Assembly (NCBI GenBank): GCA_037447605.1
Contig: CM074807.1
Coordinates: 1,984,001 to 2,048,000, forward strand
Direction of reading: 5' to 3'
Length of the DNA stretch: 64,000 nucleotides
Source: Zygnema circumcarinatum SAG 698-1b
Taxonomy: Eukaryota > Plantae > Zygnematophyceae
The stretch's first letter is position 1. Every line of letters begins with the position of its first letter. Below, in pieces: positions 51,601 to 64,000 of this stretch. The notes beneath the pieces were generated by a model. That model worked only from the letters and a program-made list of their open reading frames with translations. It was not told the DNA's origin and ran no database searches. The position numbers were made by a program, and so were the translations under genes.

Positions 51601-52840
51601 TCTTGGGTGGCCCTCATACTCTGTCTCCTCCCCCTTCTTGCAGGCTCGTGGTTCTCGGCCACCGCCCCGTTTTCACCTGTGCAGACCGCCCACGGTTTCC
51701 TGCAGAGCAACGTTTCTCGGAGCTTATGCATTCGCTCTTCACCAAATATCACGTGGTGCGTGCTCTCTGACCTGCATCTACCGTTGGCTGAATGGACGGG
51801 AATCACCCAGTTTGCTCTCTCTCAATATTCCTTTTACTCACTTGACGTATCATGACTTGCTGCCGGCGACGAGTTGGGCTGCAGGATGTCTACATGCATG
51901 GGCACGACCATGTTGGGCAGCACCTGAAGAAGGATGGAGTGGTGTACATTGGCAATGGCGTGGGGGGCTACGGCAACCATCCTGCTCATCCGAATGAGGA
52001 CACCGTGTGGTTCAAGTGCGTTTCCTCACAAAGCATACCGTTCGAAACATTTATTCATTTTTTGTTGTTAGACCACGTTTAGTATAATGCAACAAAATCT
52101 GGGACAACTACTGGCGTGGAAACGTAGTATAAAAGCGTTGCGGCAACTCTAAAGCCTGAAGTTCCTGATGTGAAGGTCAATTTCAATGTCTGTTCAAGAT
52201 CTAGTGACTGTGATTTTCTTCATCGAGGAAAGCCAGAGTGGATTTGAGTGCCGGGTATAATATCTGCTGAATAAATTGTTCAGATTCGAATGTTCAGAGC
52301 CTGAATTCGGCACCAACTTGAGTCAACCAATTTGGTGCACATAAATGGACCCCCCTCTTTCTCCTTGTCTACATTAAAAGGCATAGCAGCAGATGAAACG
52401 ACGACTGGCCAGTCGTCTGGAATACGAGATGGAATTGTCCTTTGTGCTATGCTTTCTCGTCAATGTTTTGATCCTTGCTTCTCACTCGTTCTTGTGTTAC
52501 GCAGTGGTGATTACAATGGCTTCATCCTCCACAGAGTTACGCCCATGGAGCTGGTCTGCACACAAACCTTTGGCTTTGCCCTGCAATGGGAAAAACTTTT
52601 TATTTCCGTCCTCTCTTTGAGTGCCTGCATTGTGCACATGTTGGCTGCTATAAAGACGCTGCTCAGCTCAGCTCAGCATGGTGTTTTCCTGCCTTCATGC
52701 GCCTGACTCGCCCCTGCTTGCCGCTTGCCTCCTCCGCGCAGGACTTCACATTCATGGCTGCCAACGGCTCAGTGCTCCACGAAGTTCGCCTCTTTCAAAA
52801 CTCCGCAAGTAAAGAGAAGCGATGCAGCAAGAGAAGTTGA
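48627..52840 (+). CDS. Purple acid phosphatase / ACP5-like metallophosphoesterase with N-terminal membrane anchor, about 10 exons
   Basis: Metal-ligand blocks GDFG, GDNVYPSG, LGDHDHRG, VVLGHRP and HGHDH, plus SLQIPW, WLEEVL and YIGNG. Confidence 0.88.
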
Positions 52841-53687
52841 TGGCTGCGGCTTCTGTGGGAACTCGAGAGCAACAAGCTGCACGGCAATAATGTTTATGGA
52901 TACCTTTCTCCCCTTATTTTTTCAGGTTCCTTATGCTTCCTTAACAATGGGAAGGGATGAACCCCTTGCGATTGTTGTAGTACTCCAAAACCTATATTTA
53001 GAGCAACGCTATGTAGTTGTCGTTAATTTTTATTCTTCCATTCAATTGCTTCGTTTGAGGCAATAAATCATGTATAGTAGAGTGTGTAGAAGTCGCCGGA
53101 TATTTTCAGCATAATTATGCATTTGTAGCGTCCAGAAGTCCTTCGTCATTTGTACCAAGCTCTGCCCTGCCTTATTGCTTCAGGAGCTGGACCTTCTGCC
53201 GACTGACTTGCTTGCCGAGCTAAAAGCCCAGAGCTTGGAATCCTCGCTATGAAACGGATTTTTTTTATTTTTCAGTCGAGGCCATTATTCCTTGTTAATT
53301 TAATTAATCTCACTGGTTCTACACTGCTCTCACCCGAAAACACTCACACAGTCAGGAGACATTGATGAAGCGAGAATGGTCCCCCTCAAGCTCAGACAGG
53401 AGACAGAAGGAAAAGGACAGGATCCCGTTAACGTTTTGCAGCTCACAATCACAGGTAATCTGATAGGACATTTAAGAAAAAGCTCATATTGCCAACGGCA
53501 GCAAATGCTGCCGCCGTGACAGCACTATACAACATATCACACATCGTACATCCAAAACTAGCGCTTCCTTCAAAGAAGGTATCAGAGAAACTAAACTTTC
53601 AGCTGCCTGACGATGCTTTCCAACCCAACAGGAAAGGAAACAAGTATCACCCTTTCACTGCGCTCGTACTGTCGCACAACTGGTCAG

Positions 53688-56600
53688 CTACTTGACCAGA
53701 GCGTGGCAGTAGTCGTGGAAGTGGTACGACTTGTAGATGAATTGGCCAAGCTTGAAGGAGCCCAGAAGAGAGAGGCCCGCTAGCACCAAAAGGACCGCCG
53801 CATTGAGCGGCGGAATCGCCACAATGCGACTCACAGCGGCGGCAGCGAGGCTCGCAACGATGGCGAAGGAAATGGCCGCCAGAGCGAACTGCAGCCTCTC
53901 AAAATTGCGTTTCGCCCCTGAGCACGCCTTGCAGTTGACCACATGAGAGTGGTACCTGCCACAAAAAAGAACGCATTCATTCACAAATGAGAACCCATAA
54001 CCCCAACAGGTGAGAACTACTGAATTCAGCTCAGTATGTTTGCAAGGAAACTAAAACAATGTCGACATGAAGCAAGTGACTTTCATGTCGTCCCAAGCGG
54101 TTCGTGTCAGCCCAAGCGCTCCCAAACGAAAGGGAAATCACAGCAACGGATGAGCCAGAATGGCCCCCTTGGCAAGTAAGGGGGAAGGCTAGCAGACTCA
54201 CCTGTCCATGAGCTGTACCTTTGGAGGGGTGGGAGGCAACTTCCCATCCACTCCTGGGCCCCACTCAAAGCCCTCTCCCCCATACTTTACCAACCACCTG
54301 CGATACGCCGACACAAAGCTGTCTGATGCCGTTGGTAAGAAGCACAAGCTACGATACTGCTTCATGCCGCCATCCGCCTCCAAGCGCCTTTCCTGGACCA
54401 GAAACCCATTGAGAGCTCACACAACGTCAAGACACGCAATGCTGAACCTGCTGAGGCAAGCAGGCCGACGGCAGCAAAGCGTTTAGGAAAGGAACTGCTG
54501 GTGGCGGGCAGGCACCTGCAGATGCAAAAAGTACATGTCGGAGTCGAGGATGGTGAGCTGGCCAAGATGGCGAAACCATCGCGGAATGAGCGACACCGCT
54601 TTGGGGAGAAAGTTGTTGGGGAATGCGAAGAACAGTTTGCTGTGACCAGGAGTCGTGGGTACGCAGAAAAAGACGAACATGAGCCGCCTCTCCTTAGGGG
54701 GCTCGCTTGACTTTTTGCCCTGCAATGAAGTCCAGAAACTCAACTTCTCTGAGCCAGAAGCTCATGCAAACTACAAAACACCCCACACAGCATGAACAAG
54801 TCTTTAAATGCACCCCTTCCTTTATGTAAGATCCATATGAATCTTCAACAGAATCATTGAACCTAGTCTTCAACAATGCCACATACAATCTACCTCGCCT
54901 TAACAGCAAGGAGACTGCCATGGCAGCAGTCTATCAGGAAAGAGCAACCCACAAAACCGACTTCTTAAACGAAACCTCCCAGCAGTTTCCCACCTCCGGC
55001 ACAGGCTTAGGCGGCAGCGATGCCTTCATAGTGAACAGACAAGGCGCGATAAACTCAGCGGGCCCGTTTTGGGTCCTGCCTTCAAACCCCGTTCTGTAAA
55101 TCCTGTCCACCTGAAGGTTTAAGGGCTTTGCCCCCTCCCGCCGGCCCTGCACATTGCCTCCCACCTGCCACCCACACCCTCCTTCAGGCACATGAACCCC
55201 CATAGAGAGAGCATATGCTGAGCATGGGCCGGCCATAGACCCGAGATGGGCCATTGGGGTAAGCCGCAGCAGTGGGTGGGACACATGGGACAGAGCGATG
55301 GGGCCGAACCATGATGCCGTGATGTGCGAAGGGGACATGGGCCGGGTCCATCAGATTCTCTATCAACGTGTCCGCCCTGCACAGGGCCACTGCTCAGACT
55401 GTCAAGCGATGATGATATGATGCAGCTCTGGGCTCCATCCTGCTCCCAAAAAAGGCGCATAAAGTTGAAGTCTGCGACACGCTTTTTTTCGACTTGACCC
55501 AAAAGAGTAAGCGCTGAAAGTTTATGTCCTGCCGTAACGAAGTTGGTACTTTCAGAAGTACTTTCCAGAAGTCAACAAACGGCCGCGTAAGGCTCTGCCA
55601 GCATGCGGCGAATGGCGGGTTTACCCATAGGACATGTCGCGAGAACTGAGATCGTTGGTGAAGGACGGGTCGGACAGTTCGGGGAGGAACGGCGGAGGAG
55701 AGGCGGCGGCGCGTTCCTTCGCTCCCTTGGAGCGGTCCGGCCACACGAAGAGCAGGCCCTGCTGCTCCAAAGAGGGGACCACTCGAGCACACGCGCGGGG
55801 GGAAGTCTGAAACGCCGACATAAGCAAACCTCAGGGAAAGTGAGATTGCCGAGATCAATGGTAACAGGAAGAATCCAAGGGCTGAAACATCACAGGGTTC
55901 TTCAGGAGCTGTTTTCTCCGATTGCATGTTTGACCAAAGTCAAGGAAGGTGCAGGAACAAGCAAAGCCTGTGCTTGTGAGTGCACCCGCTGAAAGATTCT
56001 GCGGAGGCAATCAAATCATGAAGGAGGTTTTCTGTGGACTGTGAAATGAGCAGGAGGATGGACAGAACCTTTTCATTCTCTGAGGGGGCCTGCGGGATGA
56101 GCCCGCACCCTCCGTCCCCCCCAAAAGTCCATCCGTGATACGAGCACTGCAGGCGGCCGCTCTCATGAATGCGGCCCTCCGAAAGAGGTGCAAGCCTGGA
56201 ATGGACCCAACGATAGTGAGCTTTACTGTAATTCTGGTTTGAGCCGAAAAAAACGTTAATCTGGAAGAGCATTTCGGTAACACACACATGACTTCTTGCA
56301 GCAGTACGTGCTCTTTTGCCTCCTTCAGGAAAATGTTGTGCTGGGCAGTAAGAAAGTTTATCTCTGCGAAACGCAGCTGCTTTGGACCCACCTGTGCGGA
56401 CATTCGTCAGCGAACACTTGCCACTTGGCGGCGTTCCGATCCCACCAGATGACTAGAGGCCGGCCGAGAATCGTCACAGCTTTGGGAATCAAGGGATTAA
56501 GATCCGACACGAGCGCTGCAGCCCTCAGCCGGCACAAGCGCTTTGTGAAGGGGAACGAAATGGCCAAAACTACAGAGTGGGTGATGGAATGAAGGGACGA

Positions 56601-57389
56601 CAAGGGTCCATTCTACAACGAGTTTTGCCTTTTTAGGTTTCATGCGTAAATGGATACTTTGTTGACTTGATATGCGACTGAATACTTATGAAAGATGCAG
56701 ATAAGCCAAGCCTGAAGGCATGCAGTTTATAAAAGGAACCGCCGGCGAGAAACAAATGAGCAAAACGACGGGTCAAAGAAAAAAATTGGATAGGGATTCG
56801 TCGGTGTGTATAGCAACCACTACTTGAAAATTTAAAATTTCCCTTGTGCAAGCAAAGAAAGAAAAAGGGGAGGGGAATCATGTAACAATATGGCAACACA
56901 CCACGCGTCCATGCAGTCGAATCAGCGAGAAGGGCAAACGAGGAAGTTTAAGAAAGTCGAAATATGTGAGCGGCAGCCCGCCAGGCCTCCCTCCTCACCT
57001 GCAGGGTACCACGCCTCCGGCCACCGATAGCTCTCCTGCGACTCCACGGCCTCCTCCTTCGGCAGCCAGTTGTAGTCCTGCGCGGCGACGTGGCCATTGC
57101 TGCCATGGCCATGGCCGGGCTCAGCAGCCTCGCCCGCTACTGCCACCTGTCCTGCAGCGCCTGCTCCGGACGCGGCGCACCTGCACAGACCCTTCCTGGG
57201 CACACGCGCCACGTGGCAGCTCCGGAACCGCAGCTGCTTCGCTGGAAAGCCACGTGGCCATGGAGCCAAGACTGCCGGGGAGGCGTGCAAGCGCGTGACA
57301 GCTGGAGGGTACTGCGGCCCTGCAACGGGAGACAAGGAGGTTCTGCCGCAGGCCCATGCAGCGCCCTGTGACACAGCTGCTGCCGCCAT
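53688..57389 (-). CDS. PTC52: PTC52 / ACD1-like Rieske mononuclear-iron oxygenase (PAO family), plastid, 9 exons
   Basis: Rieske [25 protein letters not shown], iron site [51 protein letters not shown] and C-terminal HFHDYCHA. Confidence 0.87.
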
Positions 57390-57869
57390 GGCTGCCTGCG
57401 TGTCCGCGCGGCAGCACGCGGGAGGAAGGGAGGGAGGAAGGGAGGGAGCGAGGGCTGGCGGAGGCCTTTCCCTGTCGCCGACCGCTGCGAACACCACTGC
57501 AGATATTTTACTCCCTCGCTGCTTGGTTTTTTAACCAGAGCAATCACGTCATTATGACGATGTGATGACGTCAATAACATTTCTGGTTAGGATGTTGGAC
57601 TCCAAACCTTCGCAAAGAGAAGAAAAAAAGAAAGAGTGACGACGTCATTAAACGTCCAGTAGGACAATTGCTTCTATGTTTTTGACGTCACTTTGTTTGT
57701 CCTGTCTCTTGATAACGCAGGCATCGTACTTTTTGACCGAGGGCCGTCATGATTATGATCTGAAGCGCGTCAATTTGGCCAATCCTGGCAGGCCAGCGCA
57801 GCTCAACGTTGCCACGTGACCGGTTGTCATTGGCACTTTTGATGATGCCTTGGACAAGCAGGTCTGAAA

Positions 57870-58032
57870 CTGTACGACGGGCTGGCTGGAGCCAACGAAC
57901 CGTACGGCGTCATGTAAAATGGTCAACGAAGTACGGCACAGTGGTACAGTAGACTGGTAGTTACAGTACAGTACATACGGTTCGTAGCCATTGACTGGTA
58001 GACCGTACTGTACGGCCTAAACTGGAAGTACC
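57870..58032. promoter_or_regulatory. Cluster of 9 GTAC cores (SBP/CuRE-like) in the PTC52-Nicalin divergent promoter
   Basis: GTAC at 57872, 57902, 57931, 57944, 57966, 57971, 58005, 58010 and 58028. Confidence 0.5.
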
Positions 58033-58200
58033 GGTAGATATATTGGTCGGGCGATCCTTCGATATATATCGTATCTTCGATGTGCATCGCGATATACATG
58101 GAGCAGTGTCGACTCAGTTCGCAAGATCCACCGGTGGGTGCCCAAGGACGTAGGCATTGACCCCTTGTCGCGTGGATCTCCTGCAGTGGTGGATCTATAA

Positions 58201-58304
58201 CTGCTGCTGCTGCTGCTGCAGGTTCTGAGCCCGGCCGCCCGCCCGCGCGCGCGTGCAGCTGGAGCTGGAGCTGGAGCTGGAGCTGGAGCTGGAGCTGGAG
58301 CTGG
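58201..58304. repeat. (CTG)6 and (GGAGCT)7 microsatellites upstream of the Nicalin start
   Basis: Read directly. Confidence 0.9.
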
Positions 58305-58365
58305 GCCCCTGTTACTGAGCAGCTGCAGCATCAGGCGAGCGGGAGGGAGGGCGGGGCCGTCCGCC

Positions 58366-61300
58366 ATGGCGCTGGTGTCCGCGGCCAGCAGGCGAGCCTT
58401 GCACGCAGTAGTTGGAATTCTTCCGCTCATATTCGTCTTTGCCTCCTGCATTGAGCTCTCGGATGCTGCCGCGGTGGTGGACGTGTACCGCTTGATTCAG
58501 GTGGATCCATCGATACTTCTTTACTGCTTCGAAAAACTCCAGAGATCAGTTTTACAGTAGTTGAATCGCAGCGTGCGGTTAAGTTTTTTTGAATAGATAC
58601 TATATGACTGTTATTCGCATTCGGTTGTCGGACATCTTGGTAAAGGCAGAGACTGGCTGAAATTTTAGAAAGTTGCAGTGTTACGTGTCATACTTGTGGA
58701 CAGGTGCCTTGTTTTGAAACTTAGATTTTTCTGTCATACAAGAGAATTCACCCTGAAGAAAGGATCCCTTCATGAATTCTTGCATGAGTTTAATCGCCAC
58801 TTGAAAAATTGCTTGAAAAAGGAGAATCTTTTTAGTAATTTTGCAAGTTCTATAATCTGACAAAAGAATTCGTTCAGATACAGCGTGATAGTATGCATAT
58901 ATGAGATTGGATTCTCCACGGCCGTTCCTAGGTTTAATCCTTCTGCAGGTGTAATTTCAGGCCAGACGACTGACGGCTTTCTTCGCTTTGCCAATGTTGT
59001 GTGCAAGACGCCAGATTTTTTTTGGAGTATGGCTGATTTTTTTGCTTGCTGCTTCCGTGTTTGGGCAGTACGACGTACGAGGTCTGGCCTTTGGATCGCG
59101 GAGAGCAGGCCTGAATCAGCATGCAAGCTCAGGACTGGCAGTGACAGGGGCAGACTTGGCCAGATCAGTCGTGGTTATGCCCATTGCAAAATTGAACATG
59201 TCACTTCTCAATGGTGAGCCTCGTATGCTACTTAGGGTTTTGGGTGGGGAGAGGGGGAGGGGGATGGGGAGGCATGTGTGTTGCTTAGATTGCTGACCTT
59301 TCACGTATCCAATTTTACTTGAATAGACGATGTCTAAGGTGTAACGATGTGCAAGCCTCGAAGTATTCTCCGTACGACTTTGCAAGTAGGGATAGAATTA
59401 TCCAACTGACTGATCGCTGTTGCATGCTACCATCACCACTGTGTAGCACCGATATTTCACTGATGAGATTTCCACTGCGGGTTTATCAATTAAGGAAAAT
59501 CTTGTATTTGTTGCCTTATCCATTGCTGACTCATTAATGAACTAGCATCTCCCACTATTCCCACTTTCGCGCACGCCCTGCATTCACTAGTGTGTTCGAA
59601 ACTATCATCCTGTAGATATTGTTGACCACCTTTCGTCACTAGAATTCTCGTCATGCTCTTGACCTTGATGAGGTCGACACGTGGAGAGGCCGGGCTCATT
59701 GAGCAGAGCTATCCTTTTCAAATAAGCAATGCTCACCATTATTTTCATTGTTTTTAATAATGTGAGTTTCCTTCTCTCATCCTAGAGTTGTGTTTGCAGA
59801 AGTTTTGCAGGGAAAACGTTTTATAGGCGGTTTACTTTTGCTGCTTCCTCAAAGCTTTGGGAGCAGTGAAGAAGATGACAGTGAAGGAGACGGTGACAGT
59901 GCGTCGATATTGGATATTGTGGCAGAGCTGGAGCATCAGCTGCTTCTCCAGAACTGCCTGGTGCTTTCACTTGTTGCCGAGCTTGTCACTCTCAACTAGT
60001 TAACTTTTCGTTGTAGTAACCTCGTGGTATTGAGTATCAGTTTTTTTTTCTGCTATAATGGCCTCATGGCATTAAATACTCTTCTTGGGGAATTTATTCA
60101 GGTACCCATTTACTTTGCTGTGGAGGATGAAAATCTGAAGAAGCTTGCAAAAGAAGTGGCGGCCAATGACGCTGCGGGAAAGCCAGCGACAGCAACCAAT
60201 GGAGGGTGAGTTTTCTCACCATTCACCTGTTTCCTTCCAACCAACAAAACGAGATCCTTAAACTGTCTCATGTCAAATTCCCTTTTTTTTTGTTATTCCT
60301 TGTTTTTCCTATGTCTTACACGGCTGGAGTGATCCACGTTTCAACATAAACAGGCTAGCTGCTTGAAACCACGGATTTTGCCTGTCAAGGAAAAATCCAG
60401 GAAAGGTTCTTTACATTTTGGTATAGACTTGTGCAGGTACAAGCTGGTAGTTAACTCACCGGAGCCGAAAAAGCTGCCGTCTGTCTCCCTTTTGAATATC
60501 CAGGTAAGAGACTGCAAAGGCGTCCCCGTCAACCATGACGAATTTATTACTGTGGTCGGCTGGGCTAAGTTATTATACTGTGTTCACTTGGTTCTGTTCA
60601 AATGAAGTTGTGAAAGTTCGTCCTGCCTATCTCTAGAGCATATGCTAATAGAAATAGCACAACTCTGAGCTAAAATCGTATGCAGCTCAGCTCAGCCCTG
60701 CTCTAGTCCATATGGCGGATTGCAGGATGGTTATCCGCATAGCTAAGGGTGGGGTGAATGTAGTGTAAGCTTGGGTGCATGCTTTATTGAATAAATAAGG
60801 AGATGCCTACTCAGAAAAAGGTTGCCCAACCTAGATATGGATTGGTCTAGGCAAGCTTCAAATAGCTATTTCATTCATAGAGCGGGATTTTTCCTTTTGA
60901 TTTATTTCCTATTCTGATTGATGGCAGCCCTCTGGTTGAGATGTTTGTAGGGCTGGCTGCATGGCCTCCGATTGGAGGGTGAGAGTGGGACGCTCCCGAC
61001 TATCGCTATTGTCGCCTCATATGATACGTTTGGCGCTGTCCCGGTAAGTGGGTTAGACTCTCTTTGATCGTATTTTAGTAGTTTTACTCGCGGTCTATTC
61101 CTATTCGAGTATAGGAGCTCTTTTTGTGTCAGCAGGTACTGCCGATTTGTTACATCAACTGGTTGCAGGAGTATCTGCAATTTCTTCTTCTTCTTGTGGG
61201 GTGGTCAATTTCAGGCTCTCTCTACCGGCGGTCTCAGCAATGGAAGCGGAGTGGTCGTCCTACTGGAGCTTGTTAGACTATTTTCCCGCCTTTATGCTAA

Positions 61301-64000
61301 TCCCAAGACTCGCGCTCGCTACAACCTTCTCTTTGGTCTCACATCAGGGGGTCCATACAATTTTGACGGGACCAAGCAGGTCAGTTCTTCTGTTCCCCTT
61401 ATCAGGGCAAACAGTTTTGAATGTTATCCTTGACAGTTCTTTGTGGTTCATGCTGCATGTTCAATATTTCTTGTCCCCACTTGTTGTAAGTCATTTGTTC
61501 TCACACTGCTGAAGGGTAGAGTGTTTACTGCAGTTTGAGAGAAACTTTTCATGATCAGCTTTTTTTGTGGTGTAGAGGGCATGCATGAGATGCCATCTTT
61601 GGCGGGTTGGGCTGCAGTGGCTGGCCAGCTTGGATCAAAGGCTGCTTGAAACTGTGGAGTTTGCTATTTGCATCAACTCTGTCGGGACATGGACAGACAA
61701 ACTCCACATCCATGGCTCCAAGCCAAGAAAAGACCCGGCGATTTCGCCGTTGTATGAGGTGAGGTCTTGCCAGCGATGCCAACTTACAACGAGTAGACCT
61801 TTTAGGGGAACGTGCAATGCATGCATGATTAGTTGGATTTTAGCTTTTGTGTACATAGAAGTTCTTTGCAGCAAGAATGAATGAGAGTCACACTTGTTGT
61901 CCTTTCATTATGGTAGCGCAATTATTTTGTGTCAGTGGAAGTCACTCCGAACTTCTTTGTAGTGGAAACTTCAAAGGCTTGAGAGAGGGATACCAATAAG
62001 GCCGTAATACTCAATACCACTTTGGCTGACGAAGGCATAGACCATCTTGGTCATGCAAGTCCCTTCGTTCATTTTACGGCCCTGGTGACATGCAGCCGCA
62101 CATGCAGGCCATCCGCATGATATCTTGAGATGTAAATCCACAACATGGCCACAGTTAACCAATTTTTCAACTTGGGACCGCAGGGGCTGGAGACAGTGGC
62201 TCAGGAGCTTGGCTTTTCGCTGGAGGTGGTTCACAAAAAAATCAACATTTCAGATTCCCGGGTGAATTCCACCAACATTCTCAGCTTAACGCTGTCGCTT
62301 TGCTGACGAGTGATGCCTGGCCAGTGCGAGCATGCTACGCAAGTCCAAGTTGTTTTATGATTGTCCAAACATTGGAAGCATTGTGAATGGCACGCCTCCG
62401 ATATGGAAGACAATCTCTTTTGGCACGGTTAGCTTGGGACCTTGTAATGAATTTGATGCATATTTGATGCTGTACTTTTAGGAAGTCTTTTATGGTGTTC
62501 AATCAGGAAAGGACTTCAACGTATCTTGCCTTAGCAACACTCTGATTATGGTTATGTGGTTTGTACGATATTTCTCGGCAGTATCGGGTGAATGTCGTTT
62601 AGCTGACTCTATCTGAGGGTGCGGCCGTGACAGGTGGCATGGGAGCATGAATGGTTCTCGCGCAGCAAGATCCCTGCGGCGACGCTCTCAGAGCTTGAAA
62701 CAGCGCCTGACCTTTTCCGCCATACAGGAGGCCTTGCAGACCGGAGGTACAAGGGATAACTGAATTTGGACATGCATAGACAATGGATGTGATGCGGATG
62801 ACAGGCCTCAGGATTAGCTAACTTAAAGGTCCTGTATACAAAGGTGCTTTGTATGGTTTCTTGATGGTGAAATGGGAGGAAAGCTGGAGGTTGGATATAA
62901 ATTATGATTACCTTAAGATACTTGAGAGATGTGCCCCTTTTTCATCATAGAGATGCCGGGAGCAGTTTTGTGTTTCAGCATTAAGCCGCTAGAGTTGGGG
63001 CATCAAGATCTGCGTACATGTCTACACAGAATGAATTTTGCGAAAAGTGGGGCCTCTCATTTTCAAATGCGATGGAGGACATTTCTGCAGAGCTGGCTAT
63101 TGAACAGTGTGCTTTGGGGTTTTCTGTTGACAGGAGGAAAGCAGATGAGGCGGCAGTGTGTCAGTCAATAAAGCTTGTGGCAGAAACTCTTGGAGTGAGC
63201 CACTCTTCCGCGATCCCCTCTTTTGTCTTTCGTTTGATTCCTGATCACAGTTCCACCACTTTTACTGTCATGATCTCCCATCGATAGTATCAGTACCCAA
63301 GACCTCCCCATGGTTCCAACCTCTTGCCACTCCATTGGCTGATGCCACCCTCTCTACGAGCACGAGTATCATTTGGATAGGATGGGCCCAAGAAAATAAG
63401 TCGGTCTTTCCCGCAGAGCTTCTTCTCGGAAGTGTCATCAACTATTCGCTCATCGTGGGTGTCAAAAGAGACCCAATGTCTTCACTTGGCTGCTGGCTAT
63501 AACCGTAATACACTGAAGAGGGAGATTGACCTTGGCCACAGGTTTCTGACTAAGGTTGACCTTAATCGTAGGCTGACCATTTGGCTGCATGGGAGGGACA
63601 TGCTGGCAAACAGTGGCGTTATGCTGGCTGGCCAGATTACAATGCATTGCTGCATTCATGGGCTAAGTTGATATGTGGACCTTACTGGGAATTTCCATGT
63701 TCCTTTCTGCGTAATGCAGAGGCACATTTTTGGGTATCAGGACAGGAAAATAGAAATTTTCGCTGCCAATAGCAGCTTGGGAATAAGCCGGCTTTTTGTC
63801 CACCACTGGTTGCGGTTGCTTGGGCGCACTCCGCGGGTGGCACCGTATCTCCCCAAAACGGCTCCATTCATTGCTGCATTGCAGAAGGTGCTTAAGACCA
63901 CTCCTGTTATGCTGGACCCTTTGCACTTGCGACTCATGCAGAGTGGCCTATGCGTTGCTGTATGGAAAGAGCTGAGACAATGCCTTCTCGTCGATCTTGT
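58366..64000 (+). CDS. NCLN: Nicalin (M28 peptidase-like ER protein), 3' truncated; last visible exon ~63719-63887
   Basis: VDVYRLIQYD..FGSRRA, GGLLLLLP, VPIYFA, PTIAIVASYDTFGAVP, SNGSGVVVLLELVRLFSRLY, YNLLFGLTSGGPYNFDGT, EFAICINSVG, VHKKINIS..VAWEHEWFSR. Confidence 0.93.

Overview
Gene-dense eukaryotic nuclear DNA of a green plant lineage. The gene set (ESV1, ANGUSTIFOLIA, TOC64/OM64, PTC52, B12D, a WRC domain), many short introns and GC-rich promoter islands suggest a streptophyte alga or other early-diverging streptophyte; this is an inference. I can reconstruct 13 spliced or intronless protein-coding genes: PRMT3 (5' partial), ZCCHC10-like, a WRC-domain/GST fusion, Iojap/RsfS, NDUFAF7, ESV1, TOC64/OM64-like, ANGUSTIFOLIA, IGPD/HISN5, B12D, a purple acid phosphatase, PTC52 and Nicalin (3' partial). 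There is one 100-N assembly gap, a (CCCAT)n array, a 24-bp minisatellite and a small dispersed foldback element. The strongest novelty is a 9-exon, phase-consistent minus-strand gene (10613->5879). It joins an NLS/AT-hook-like/WRC zinc-finger region to a complete GST domain that resembles the rho class, through two consecutive GC-AG introns. Also notable: a TOC64-like protein keeping the amidase catalytic Ser, a PAP with GDHD in place of GNHD, dense GTAC (SBP/CuRE-like) clusters marking promoters, and a promoter-like island inside an ANGUSTIFOLIA intron. Exon boundaries were derived by hand and family assignments come from recalled motifs, not database searches.
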